64,000 nt of DNA, from NCBI GenBank assembly GCA_963832165.1, contig CAWHTE010000005.1, positions 1 through 64,000 on the forward strand, written 5' to 3'. Numbering within the stretch: position 1 is the stretch's first letter; each line of letters starts with the position of its first letter. Of this stretch, positions 29,807 to 40,728 are shown one piece after another. The notes below the pieces were generated by a model, which saw only the letters and a list, made by a program, of their open reading frames with translations, was not told the DNA's origin and made no database searches. Origin of the DNA: an uncultured delta proteobacterium (GTDB lineage Bacteria > Myxococcota_A > UBA9160 > SMWR01). A program made the translations under genes and the position numbers.

Positions 29807-31907
29807 CGCGACGGCGACGCCGCGACAGCCAGCCGAGCAGCACGACACCCGAGGCGAGCATCGCAACCGCTCCCGGCTCCGGCGCCGGGAGCGGCCTCAG
29901 GTACAGCACGTTGTAGCGCGTGTCGACAGGCGCACCGGCCGAATCGTGGCAGCGGACGACGACTTCCGCAGAGAATGAAAAGTTCCCGTCGTCCCAGTCT
30001 TCCACGGCGCAGCGCGCGTCGGTGGTGCCGTAGCCGTTCACCTGGATGTTCCCGGCGAAGAGACCATCCCCGAGACCCCCTAGCACGAAGTCCAGGAAGA
30101 AGATCCGGTAGAGGCCGGTCCCTAGACGCTGGGCGTGGGTTCCGGACCCGGAGTTGAAGCTGAATGGCTCGCTCGGGACATAGTTCGCGGACGCCGGCTC
30201 GTTCGCCCAGGCGAAAGCGAGTCCGTCGTCGACGGCGTCCGGGCGCACGTACATGATCGTGTACCGGGAGTCGGCCGGGTTGCCGGCGCTGTCGTAGCAG
30301 CGCACGCTGACCGTGTCGCTCGCCCAGCTCGCGATCTGGCAGCGCTTGTTCGACCCGTCGTAGGCGGTGACCTGCGGGTGTCCCCCTCCGGTCGCGAGGG
30401 CTCCGAATCCCGCCCAGCTCATCCCGTAGCTGCCGGTGCCGAGACGCGTGGCCGTGATCGCGCCGCCACTCGGATTGTACGAGTAGTTTGCAGCGGGCGT
30501 GTAGCTCGCGGCCGTCGCGTCGTTCGCCCACGCGTACGCGAGGCCGGTCGGCTGCAACGGAGCCTTGAGATAGAGCACGAGGAACGCCGTGTCGGTGGCG
30601 ACACCGGCAGCATTGAAGCAGCGCACGTTGACCGTGTCGGCGGTCCAGGACAGCACCTTGCAATATTCCCCAGCGGCGCCGTTGGCCGTGACCTGCACGT
30701 TCCCGCCGTCGGTGAACCCGTCGAACGTAAAGAACGAAACGGAATAGGCGCCGGGGGCCGAGCGATTGGCGAAGGTCGAGGTCACGCTGGGCCCTTCTGC
30801 GAGATGGTTGTAGTTGTAGGGCGGGTAGGACAGCTCCGACGGAGAAAACGCCCACGCAAAGGCGTAGGTCTGCATCCACGGCTTCTTCGGCGGCTTGAGG
30901 AACAGCACGTTGTACTGGGCATCGACCGGATTGCCCGCCGTGTCGAAGCAGCGGATCCCGACCGCGCTCGCACCCCACGACGAGACCTTGCACAGCGCGT
31001 TGGTGCCGTGGGCCGTCACCTGGATGTTTCCGCCATTGATGCCGATGCCGCTCATCCCGGCCCAGGTCATCGAGTAGACGCCGGCCGAGGATCGCGTGGC
31101 CGTGATCGTCCCAGCCCCCGCGCTGTAGGAATAGGAGGCATCCGGCGTGTAGTTCGCGTTGTTGGGCTGATCGGCCCACGCCCACGCGAGGCCGTTCGGC
31201 CCGCTCGGGTCACGCCAGTAGAGGATCGAATAGCCGCTGTCGACCGGAGCGCCAGAAGGGTCGAAGCACGCCACGAAGGCCGTGTCGCTTGACCATCCAG
31301 CGCTCCGGCAACGCGCGTTTCCGGATCCATGCGCGGTCACCTGGACGTTCCCAGAGCTGGCTGCGGAGAACCCGGTCCACTCCATCGAGTAGCTGCCGAC
31401 GCCGAGGCGCGTCGCGGTGATCGGGTCACCGTTGAACGAGCGGGCCGCGTTGGGGGTGTACGACGGGTTGGCGGGCTGATCGGCCAGCGCGAACGCGTGA
31501 GAATTGGGAACGCCGCCGAACGGCTGCACGTAGAGCACCGTGTACTGCGAGTCGACGGGATTGCCGGCGGCGTCGAAGCACGCGACCGACACCACGTCTC
31601 CGCTCCAGCCCGCGAGCTTGCAGTAGTCGGCGGTCGTCCCGCGGGCCGTCACCTGCACGTTGCCTTCCGAGAAGCCGTAGCTCGCATGCAGACCCGGGAA
31701 CACGACCGAGTACTGCCCGGTGCCGTTGCGAATGATGTGGGGCGGCGTGCCGGAGTTGTTGTAGGCGTAGAACGCGTCGGGCGTGTAGAAGCCGGTGGTG
31801 GGGAGGTGGGCCCAGACGAAGCCATACGACTGCGGATAGGCGGACGCGCCGAGCGGCGCGGCGACTGCGAATAGCGCGGCGAGGAGGCATCGGCGGATCA
31901 CTGTCAT
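29796..31907 (-). CDS. Secreted protein with six tandem ~110-aa two-Cys repeats and PEP-CTERM-type tail
   Basis: Repeat pattern [FWY]xWA...Y.P...R...G.Y...GNxQVTA...C....W.....V.C.D..G...D..Y.VLY seen six times; ends APEPGAVAMLASGVVLLGWLSRRRRR. Confidence 0.88.
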   Translation of the reverse strand: MTVIRRCLLAALFAVAAPLGASAYPQSYGFVWAHLPTTGFYTPDAFYAYNNSGTPPHIIRNGTGQYSVVFPGLHASYGFSEGNVQVTARGTTADYCKLAGWSGDVVSVACFDAAGNPVDSQYTVLYVQPFGGVPNSHAFALADQPANPSYTPNAARSFNGDPITATRLGVGSYSMEWTGFSAASSGNVQVTAHGSGNARCRSAGWSSDTAFVACFDPSGAPVDSGYSILYWRDPSGPNGLAWAWADQPNNANYTPDASYSYSAGAGTITATRSSAGVYSMTWAGMSGIGINGGNIQVTAHGTNALCKVSSWGASAVGIRCFDTAGNPVDAQYNVLFLKPPKKPWMQTYAFAWAFSPSELSYPPYNYNHLAEGPSVTSTFANRSAPGAYSVSFFTFDGFTDGGNVQVTANGAAGEYCKVLSWTADTVNVRCFNAAGVATDTAFLVLYLKAPLQPTGLAYAWANDATAASYTPAANYSYNPSGGAITATRLGTGSYGMSWAGFGALATGGGHPQVTAYDGSNKRCQIASWASDTVSVRCYDSAGNPADSRYTIMYVRPDAVDDGLAFAWANEPASANYVPSEPFSFNSGSGTHAQRLGTGLYRIFFLDFVLGGLGDGLFAGNIQVNGYGTTDARCAVEDWDDGNFSFSAEVVVRCHDSAGAPVDTRYNVLYLRPLPAPEPGAVAMLASGVVLLGWLSRRRRRARA

Positions 31908-31999
31908 CGCGATTCTCCGGACTCGATCGGGTGGCTCGGGGCCCGTCGGTCGTCGATATCGCGAGTCTCGCCGGCTACCGCGGGCGCACCTATGTACTA

Positions 32000-33577
<1,578 letters not shown>

Positions 33578-33582
33578 GCCGG

Positions 33583-33611
33583 AGATTAATGGCGTGGCCG
33601 CAACGGGTCAA
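33583..33611 (-). promoter_or_regulatory. sigma70 promoter abutting the guaB ATG
   Basis: TTGACC-17 nt-TAATCT-5 nt-ATG. Confidence 0.6.
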
Positions 33612-33642
33612 CGGTGCGCCGACCTCCGACCCGATTCCCCCG

Positions 33643-35178
33643 CTACGGCACCAGACGCGTGAGCAGCTCGCGCAGCGCCGCCGTGGCCGCAGCCGGGACC
33701 TCGGGCGTGACCGCGAGCGCTCTGCGCTCGTCGAACAGCCCGAGCTTCTCGCACAGCGATCCGACGCCGCTCTGGTCCTTGTCCTTCTCCTCGAGCAGCA
33801 CGTGGAAGCAGCGCGCGCGCGGCAGCGCGCCCACCTGCTCCACCGCCGTGCGCAGCGCCTCCGCCGACGCATCGATCCCGCCGCCGTGCACGAACAGCGC
33901 CGCGAGCGCTCCGTGTGCGGCGAGCGGCCACAGCGGCGCGAAGCGCGCCGTCGCGGGAATCTCGAACACCTCGATCGCGATCTCGTCGTCGACCGGAATG
34001 CGCAGGATCGCTGCCAGGTCCGCGTCTTCGCTGCCCGCGCGCGGCGTATGCTCGACGCCCGGCAGGCGCGCGAACAGACCCGTGATGGTGCGCGCCGCCT
34101 CGGGCTCCGACGCGAACAGCACGATCTTCGCGTCGATCGGCTGCGCGTCGCGCGGCCTGCCCTGGTCGAGCCAATCGCGCAGCCGCGCCGCGAGCGCGGG
34201 ACCGAACAGACCTCCCGCAGCCGGCTCGGGCACCGCGCCGTCCGCGCGCAGCTCGATCATGCCGCGCCGTGCCAGCGTCTGGAGGGTGCGCAGCACCTGG
34301 TAGTCGGGGAACGTGCAGCGGTCGAGCACCTCGGACACGCGGCTCGACAGCTCGAGCATCATGAACACTTCCTGGGTCAGCGGGTGCAGCACGCTGGGCA
34401 GCGACGAACGCGCCACCTTGAGCGCGACGCGCGCGTGCGGCGCGGGCAGATCCTGGCCACTGCGCTGCCACTCGTCGGCCTGGCGCTGCGCCTCGCGCAG
34501 CAGCGCGCGCGTGGGCCGCTCGATCGAGCCGCGCTCGCGCACCACCAACTGCTCGTGGAACGAGAAGCTGCCGCGGCGCCACGCGAGCAGCCGGAACAGC
34601 GCCTTCTCTCCTTCCACGCTGCCGACGCGCGCCTGCACCACGTCGCCGTCGCACAGGTCGATGCGGCCACTCGGAGCGCGCCGCCCGGTTCCGTCGCGCA
34701 GCTCGATCACACCGGTCTTGCGGTTCACATGGAACAGCTCGATCAGCTCGGGCAGCGAAATCTGGGACAGCTTGCCCTCGACACCGGGCGTACCCGTCCC
34801 CGCGACCGGCTGCGGGCTCCGCTCGCGCAGCAGCGCCTCGATGAAGCGCGCGATCGTCTCGGGGTCGGCGCGGCCCGGAATCACGCGCCCGAGCGCGGGC
34901 GAGGCGGCCGACTCGTCGTGCTCTCCATCGTTCACGAAGAGCATGCGCATCGCGCAGGTGTGCGGGTTGGTCTGCAGGATCTCCGCGAGGCGCGTGCCAT
35001 CGATCAGCGGCAGCGCGACCTGCGCCACCATCGCGGCGGGCTTGTCCGCGAGCGCGATCTCGAGCGCGGCGGCGCCGTGGCTGGCCAGGATCACGTCGAT
35101 CCCGAGCTGGCGGCACGCGTTCGCGATCTTGCGCGCGCGCTCCGCGTCGCCGTCTGCGACCAATACCCGGAGCGCCAT
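33643..35178 (-). CDS. Pseudo-receiver + DUF4388 + degenerate small-GTPase-like domain protein
   Basis: RVLVADGD...MVAQVALPLIDG receiver; VEGKLSQISLPELIELFHVNRKTGVIEL (DUF4388); C-terminal IPATARFAPLWPLAAHGALAALFV. Confidence 0.8.
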   Translation of the reverse strand: MALRVLVADGDAERARKIANACRQLGIDVILASHGAAALEIALADKPAAMVAQVALPLIDGTRLAEILQTNPHTCAMRMLFVNDGEHDESAASPALGRVIPGRADPETIARFIEALLRERSPQPVAGTGTPGVEGKLSQISLPELIELFHVNRKTGVIELRDGTGRRAPSGRIDLCDGDVVQARVGSVEGEKALFRLLAWRRGSFSFHEQLVVRERGSIERPTRALLREAQRQADEWQRSGQDLPAPHARVALKVARSSLPSVLHPLTQEVFMMLELSSRVSEVLDRCTFPDYQVLRTLQTLARRGMIELRADGAVPEPAAGGLFGPALAARLRDWLDQGRPRDAQPIDAKIVLFASEPEAARTITGLFARLPGVEHTPRAGSEDADLAAILRIPVDDEIAIEVFEIPATARFAPLWPLAAHGALAALFVHGGGIDASAEALRTAVEQVGALPRARCFHVLLEEKDKDQSGVGSLCEKLGLFDERRALAVTPEVPAAATAALRELLTRLVP

Positions 35179-37017
35179 CTAGACGACCCTCGGCACGCGC
35201 AGCTCGCGCTGCAGCCGGAATGCCAGCGACTCTGCGAGCGAGCGGTCGCTCGAGTGGAACCAGCGCACGCGGCCGGGCTCCGACGAGGCCTCGTCCGCGA
35301 CCAGCACGTACGAGGGTCCGTCGCCGAAGTGCACCGCGAACGGCGGCCCCGCGAGCGAGTTCGCGGGGAGCCAGGTGATGCCGTCCTTGGCCATGGCGAC
35401 CCCGGTCGGCTCCGCGAGCACGACGAGGTCGGTGCCGCACGGCGAGTCGGAGCGCTGGCGCAGGCCCTCGGCGAGCGCATCGCCGAACAGCGCGCCGGGT
35501 CGGCAGAACATCAGGTTGCGCTCGCGCGGCCGGCGGCCGACCTCGGAGATCGCGAACCGGAACAGCGAGGCGACCGCTGCGGCCGGCTCGCCCTCGCCGC
35601 TCTCGATCAGGCGCGCGAGCGCGTCTCCGATCGGAAGCGCCGCGAGCCGCCGCTCGCGCTCGCGTGCGCGGCGGTCGTCGGCGATGCGCCGTTCGAGCAC
35701 GCGCAGGATCATCTCGAGCTGCGTGCCGTCGCCGGGATAGCTGACGCTGCCCACGATCACCTGCGGGCGCAGCGCGGGCTTGATCGAGGTGATCGGCTCG
35801 CTGCGCTCGAGCGCGAGGCGCGTGCGCTGCTTGAACGTCGCGGCGCCGACCGCGGCGGTCTCCGCGAGCAGCACGTAGAACTCGCCGTCCTGGTCCACGG
35901 CGAGCAGATCGGTCGCGCGCATGAGCCGGGAGAAGAGGCGCGCGAGCGAGGCGTGCCAGGTGCGGAACGCCGTATCGTCGAGTCGCTCGCGCAGCGGCTC
36001 GAGCGGCTCCACCGTCGCGTGCAGGACCGAGAAGCTGCGACCGAAGCGGTTCGCCTTCTCGATCTCGTTGCGCACCACGTCGTGCAGATATTCGATCCGG
36101 TAGGCGCCCGAGTCGGGGTCCTGCAGCGTGCGCCGCTCGAGGCGCGCGAAGCGTTCCGCGTTGCGATAGGCGGCGTCTGCGAACGACAGGAATTTCTCGG
36201 CCGCGGCGCGGTCGACGTCGTCGAAGAGCTCGCCGCCGACCTTGTCGGTGAGCCGGAACAGGCCGTCGAGCTGGCCGGCCTGGCGCAGCGCCACGACCAG
36301 CGCGGGCCGCCGCGCGCCGCTCTTGTCGCTCCAGTCCACGACCGCGGTGGCCGCGTCGCTCGCGCGCAACGCCTGCGGCAGCTCGCCCAGCGCGAGCTCT
36401 TCGCGCTCCTCGTCGATCCGCACGAGTCCGTGCGCAGCGGCGATCTTGAGCTCGTCCGATGCGCCCTCGCCCCGCCACCAGAGCACGCCGCCCTGGGCGC
36501 CCGTCTCGCGGCACAGGCCCTCGAGCACCTTGACCGAGAGCGCGTCGAGCGTGGGCGCGCGGAACAGCGCGAGCGCGCGCTCGAACAGCGCGCGCTCGCC
36601 CAGGAACTCGATGTTCTCGGCGAGCAGGCGGTCGCGCTCCTGGCGCAGCCGCGCGCGCTGGAGGATCCCCTCGAGCGCAGTCGCGAGCGTCGTGCGGTCG
36701 AATGGCTTGAGCAGGTAGTCGGTCGCGCCGACCTTCATCGCGTCGACGGCGCTCTGCACGTCGACGACGCCCGTCACGACGATGATCTCCTGGTCCGGGT
36801 CGCGTTCCTTCACGCGCTGGACCAGGTCGATCCCCGTCATCACGGGCATCACGAGGTCGGTCACGATCACGTCGAACACGGCGTGATCGAGCAGGCGCAG
36901 TGCTTCCTCGCCGCTCGCGCAGGTCTGCACCTCGAAACCCTCTTCGACGAGCAGGCCCTCGATCAGCTCGCGGAAGTAGCGCTGATCGTCGACCGCGAGA
37001 ATCCGGCCCCTGGGCAT
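35179..37017 (-). CDS. Response regulator with GAF-like and degenerate GGDEF domains
   Basis: ILAVDD...VTDLVMP...DYLLKPF receiver; QDPDSGAY...RFGRSFS...DLLAVDQDGEFYVLL. Confidence 0.85.
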   Translation of the reverse strand: MPRGRILAVDDQRYFRELIEGLLVEEGFEVQTCASGEEALRLLDHAVFDVIVTDLVMPVMTGIDLVQRVKERDPDQEIIVVTGVVDVQSAVDAMKVGATDYLLKPFDRTTLATALEGILQRARLRQERDRLLAENIEFLGERALFERALALFRAPTLDALSVKVLEGLCRETGAQGGVLWWRGEGASDELKIAAAHGLVRIDEEREELALGELPQALRASDAATAVVDWSDKSGARRPALVVALRQAGQLDGLFRLTDKVGGELFDDVDRAAAEKFLSFADAAYRNAERFARLERRTLQDPDSGAYRIEYLHDVVRNEIEKANRFGRSFSVLHATVEPLEPLRERLDDTAFRTWHASLARLFSRLMRATDLLAVDQDGEFYVLLAETAAVGAATFKQRTRLALERSEPITSIKPALRPQVIVGSVSYPGDGTQLEMILRVLERRIADDRRARERERRLAALPIGDALARLIESGEGEPAAAVASLFRFAISEVGRRPRERNLMFCRPGALFGDALAEGLRQRSDSPCGTDLVVLAEPTGVAMAKDGITWLPANSLAGPPFAVHFGDGPSYVLVADEASSEPGRVRWFHSSDRSLAESLAFRLQRELRVPRVV

Positions 37018-37046
37018 GCCTCCCCCATCGCTCAGGGGGCGTCCCC

Positions 37047-38456
37047 TCAGAGCTGAGCGCTGCGCCTCTCTACATCGGCGGAGAACCCGAGCTTCTTCAC
37101 CGGGATCCCGACCGGTTCGCCGATCAGCGAGTGCGGCGTCGCCTCGACCACGTGCACGCGCACGATCGAGCCGGGTTCCACTGCGGCTGCGAGATTTACC
37201 ACGCGGTGGTAGGGGTCGCGGCCCGACGACTGATCTCCGCGCCGACTGGTGCCCTCGATCAGCACCTCGGTCTCGCTGCCCACGCGGCGCCGGTGCGCCT
37301 CGAGCGTGAGGTCGTGCTGGAGGTTCTGGAGCTCGAGGAGGCGCTCCTGCGCGACGCCGGGGTCGACCGGATCGGCGTACCCGGCCGCGGGCGTGCCGGG
37401 CCGGGCCGAGTACTTGAACGTGTACGCGTCCACGAAGCCCACGTCGCGGAACAGCGCGAGCGTGGCGCGGAAGTCGGCGTCGGTCTCGCCCGGGAAGCCC
37501 ACGATCAGGTCGGTGGTGATCGCGACGTCGGGGCGCGCCTGGCGCAGCTGCTCGCACAGCGCGCGGTACGCGTCCGCGGTGTAGGGCCGGCGCATGCGCT
37601 CGAGCACCGCGTCCGAGCCGCTCTGCGCGGGCAGATGGACGTGCGGGCACAGCGCAGCGAGCTCGCCGTGGGCGCGCACGAGGTCGTCGTCGAAGAAGGC
37701 CGGGTGCGGGCTCGTGTATCGGATCCGCTCGATCCCGGGCACGTCCGCGAGCCGCCGCAACAGCGCCGCGAAGCTCTCGGTGCCCGCGGCGGCCGCGCGC
37801 CCGCGCCGTACGTCGTGGCGGCCGTACGCGTTGACGGTCTGTCCGAGCAGCGTGATCTCGCATACGCCCGCGTCCGCGAGCTCGCGCACCTCGGCTGCGA
37901 TCGCTTCCGCGGACCGGCTGATCTCGCGACCGCGCGTGTTCGGGACCACGCAGAAGGTGCAGAACATGTCGCAGCCTTCCATCACGGTGACGAACGCGCG
38001 CCCGGGCGTCTCGCTCGGCAGGTCGGGGTGGTGCTGCGGCAGATCGAAGCGCTCGAGCGAGCGATTCTCGTCGGTGCGCAGCCCGCGCACTCCGCGTTCC
38101 GCGGACGCGACCAGCGCCGGCACGAAGCGCAGGTTGTGGGTGCCGTAGACGAAGTCGACCGCAGCGAAGCGGCGCAGGATCGCGTCGCCCTCCTGCTGCG
38201 CCACGCAGCCCGCGACGCCGATCACGCGACCGGGCCGGCTCTCCTTCCACTCGCGCAGTCGACCGAGGTCGGAGTAGAGGCGCTGCTCCGCCTTGTCGCG
38301 AATCGAGCACGTGTTGATGATCAGGAGATCCGCGTCTTCGAGCTCTGCGGTCGCGCGATAGCCCTCACCCGACAACAGCGCCGCGACTTTCTGCGAGTCG
38401 AGCGCGTTCATCTGACAGCCGTAGGTGCGGATGTGGAAGCGTCGGAGCGCCGCCAA
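37047..38456 (-). CDS. miaB: tRNA-2-methylthio-N6-dimethylallyladenosine synthase
   Basis: TYGCQMN, NTCSIRDKAE, GCVAQ, CDMFCTFC radical-SAM motif, DLIVGFPGET, YSARPGT, TRAM domain. Confidence 0.96.
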   Translation of the reverse strand: MAALRRFHIRTYGCQMNALDSQKVAALLSGEGYRATAELEDADLLIINTCSIRDKAEQRLYSDLGRLREWKESRPGRVIGVAGCVAQQEGDAILRRFAAVDFVYGTHNLRFVPALVASAERGVRGLRTDENRSLERFDLPQHHPDLPSETPGRAFVTVMEGCDMFCTFCVVPNTRGREISRSAEAIAAEVRELADAGVCEITLLGQTVNAYGRHDVRRGRAAAAGTESFAALLRRLADVPGIERIRYTSPHPAFFDDDLVRAHGELAALCPHVHLPAQSGSDAVLERMRRPYTADAYRALCEQLRQARPDVAITTDLIVGFPGETDADFRATLALFRDVGFVDAYTFKYSARPGTPAAGYADPVDPGVAQERLLELQNLQHDLTLEAHRRRVGSETEVLIEGTSRRGDQSSGRDPYHRVVNLAAAVEPGSIVRVHVVEATPHSLIGEPVGIPVKKLGFSADVERRSAQL

Positions 38457-38662
38457 GGAGACCTCTGGAACGGGGGTCGGAAACGGACCCGCGGAACCTA
38501 CCCGAAGGCGGCCGACATGGCCCCGCGCCCCGGCTCCAACCCGGATCGAGCAAATTCTGTGTGAGAGAGCCTAATCCTCGGTTTTAGCTCCTGTTTTTCC
38601 GCGTCAGCCCCGCGCCACCCCCGGCCCGTCCCGCCCCTGTCAGCGAGAATGCGAAATAGCGT

Positions 38663-38691
38663 TTGACAAGCTTCGCGGGGCCGCTCACAAT
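38663..38691 (+). promoter_or_regulatory. sigma70 promoter with no protein gene downstream
   Basis: TTGACA (38663-38668)-17 nt-CACAAT (38686-38691). Confidence 0.7.
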
Positions 38692-38697
38692 GCGTCA

Positions 38698-38834
38698 CAG
38701 ATCCCGTTTGTGTGGAGCGGCGGTGGATCTGGCATTTCTAATCGAAATGTCCAACCTCTCACCCCCCATCATCCATCCACCGCCCTCCCCCCTTTGAACA
38801 AACGCCCCGTCGAGAAATCGGCGGGGCGTTTTGT
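38698..38834 (+). ncRNA. Candidate ~135-nt small RNA
   Basis: Bounded by the promoter and an intrinsic terminator; two 5' hairpins, a C-rich tract, no credible ORF. Confidence 0.6.
38800..38834 (+). terminator. Intrinsic terminator, possibly bidirectional
   Basis: AAACGCCCCGTCGA-GAAA-TCGGCGGGGCGTTTTGT. Confidence 0.8.
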
Positions 38835-38933
38835 CTTCGAGCCCTGCTAGGCGCGGATCGGCGGACCGTACGGATGCGGGGCGGATGGCTTGCTGCCGAG
38901 AAGTAGAGCGCAGCCGGCCACGGGCCGTGACAA

Positions 38934-40358
38934 CTACAGAAGCAGTCCGTCGACCACCCGCGAGAGCTGGCGGAGGTTCCGGCACTCCTCGGCGACATCC
39001 GTGTACGGCAGATACTTGTCCATCACGCTGTCGCCGAAGCCCCAGGCGCTCGGGTTCTCGGGGTTGAGCCACACCACGTTCTTGGCCTTGTTGTGGATCT
39101 CGCGCAGACACCACGCGCGCGGGTCGTTGTAGTTGTTGCGCGCGTCGCCGAGGATCAGCACCGTCGTCTTGTTGTCGATCGCGGACAGGAAGTTCTGCCA
39201 GAAGTGGTGGAACGCGAAGCCGAAGTTCGAGCGCGTGTAGACGTTGATCACGTCCCCGCCCTCGAGCGCCTCCTCGATCGCGTCGTTGATGTCCTTCTCC
39301 TGGAACAGCGGCGTCACCTCGCCGAGCTCGGCCACGAACACGAACGCGCGGATCTTCGTGAACGCCTCCTGGAGCGTGTAGACGAACTGGAGCATGAAGC
39401 GCGACACGTTCGCGACCGAGGACGAAACGTCCGTGAGGATCACGAGCTTGGGCCGATCCTTCTTGCGCTGCTTGAAGATCAGCTCGAACGGGATCCCGCC
39501 GTGCGGCATGTTGCGGCGCAGCGTCTGGTGCAGGTCGAGCTTGCCGCGCTTGAGCCGCCGGCGGCGGATCGAGAGCACGTTCTTGATCCGCTGGGCGAGG
39601 CGCTCGACCACCTCGCGCATCTTGCGGATCTCCTCCTCGGTGAGGTGGTAGAAGCTCTTCTCGAGCAGCGTCTCGCGCCGGAACTTCTCCATGTAGTCGT
39701 GGTTGTGCTTCTGGAGCTCGCGCTCGGTGAACGAGCGCACGCTGCGGCGCAGCGCCTCCATGAGCCCCTCGATCAGCCGGCGCAGCGCGGCGATCTGCTC
39801 GGGCGACATGCCGGCCGCCTCGAGCCGCGCCGCAAGCTCTTCGAGCTGCTCCCCCGCGCCTTCCATGCCGAGCTGCTCGAGCGTGCGGCGGCTGAAGAAG
39901 CCGACCTGCAGGAAGTTCTCGATCCGGTCGATCCCGGCCTGCTCGGCGGCCTGGCGGATCAGGTTCTCGAGCTGGGTGAGGTCCTGGGTCAGCAGCGCGC
40001 GCGCGAGCTCGGAGAGATCCCCCGAGCTCTCTCCTTCCATGCCCTGGAGCATCTGCATGATCTGCTGGAGCAGCTGCTCGAAGTCGGCGCCCATCTCGGC
40101 CAGGCCCCCGGTGGCCTGGCCGAACGACTCGCGCAGGCTGTCGTAGAAGCCCGACCAGAACAGGTCGAAGAGCTGGTCGTAGGTGGGGACCTCTTCGCCG
40201 CGCTTCACCATCGTGGAGCGCATCGCGTCCTTGAAGATCTCCCGGTCATCGAGCGCGAGCTCGTCGAGCGCCGTGAAGGCGTCGATCGCCTCGGCCGTGG
40301 AGACGCGGATCCCGCTCTTGCGCAGGATGTTGGTGAACTCGAGGATCTTCTTCTGCAA
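38934..40358 (-). CDS. VWA-domain CoxE-like protein
   Basis: LRKSGIRVSTAE, KLDLHQTLRRN, LVILTDVSSSV, VLILGDARNNY, VVWLNPE, ECRNLRQL. Confidence 0.9.
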   Translation of the reverse strand: MQKKILEFTNILRKSGIRVSTAEAIDAFTALDELALDDREIFKDAMRSTMVKRGEEVPTYDQLFDLFWSGFYDSLRESFGQATGGLAEMGADFEQLLQQIMQMLQGMEGESSGDLSELARALLTQDLTQLENLIRQAAEQAGIDRIENFLQVGFFSRRTLEQLGMEGAGEQLEELAARLEAAGMSPEQIAALRRLIEGLMEALRRSVRSFTERELQKHNHDYMEKFRRETLLEKSFYHLTEEEIRKMREVVERLAQRIKNVLSIRRRRLKRGKLDLHQTLRRNMPHGGIPFELIFKQRKKDRPKLVILTDVSSSVANVSRFMLQFVYTLQEAFTKIRAFVFVAELGEVTPLFQEKDINDAIEEALEGGDVINVYTRSNFGFAFHHFWQNFLSAIDNKTTVLILGDARNNYNDPRAWCLREIHNKAKNVVWLNPENPSAWGFGDSVMDKYLPYTDVAEECRNLRQLSRVVDGLLL

Positions 40359-40394
40359 GGGGCCACTCTAGGTCGGGCGGATCCGTTGAAGCGC

Positions 40395-40715
40395 CTACTC
40401 GCCGGGCGGGGTAGTGCAATCGCCTTCGGAGGTGGCGCACTCGGTCTGGCAGGCCACCAGGTACTCGTTTCGCGCCGCGGGGGTCATGTCGCTCTGCGAC
40501 TCGGCGAGACTTTCGCACTCCGCGGCGCACTCGTTGGCGGTGCTCTTGCAGCACTCCGCCCGATCCGCCGGTGCCTTTTCGAGGCAGGCCTGGAAGGTCT
40601 CGTCGTAGTCCGCCGGAAGTCCGAGCGCGGGCGCGGCGACCAGTGTCGCGAGCGCCAGTCCTCGGGTCAGATGGCCGACACGGCTCCGGCTTCGGAATCG
40701 GACATGCTGGATCAC
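40395..40715 (-). CDS. Small exported Cys-rich protein (8 Cys)
   Basis: AGGAGG RBS; signal-like hydrophobic segment; acidic mature part with C-x10-CC-x6-C-x3-C...C-x3-C-x6-C. Confidence 0.65.
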   Translation of the reverse strand: MIQHVRFRSRSRVGHLTRGLALATLVAAPALGLPADYDETFQACLEKAPADRAECCKSTANECAAECESLAESQSDMTPAARNEYLVACQTECATSEGDCTTPPGE

Positions 40716-40728
40716 GTTCGTCCTCCTG

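Noticed and set aside
33589..37056. 1155-aa + strand ORF
   Set aside because: Antisense shadow of two clear - strand signalling genes
38695..38772. Short - strand peptide (MMGGERLD...) as a type I toxin opposite the sRNA
   Set aside because: Not hydrophobic and no toxin-like features; its SD-like sequence is just the complement of the C-rich tract
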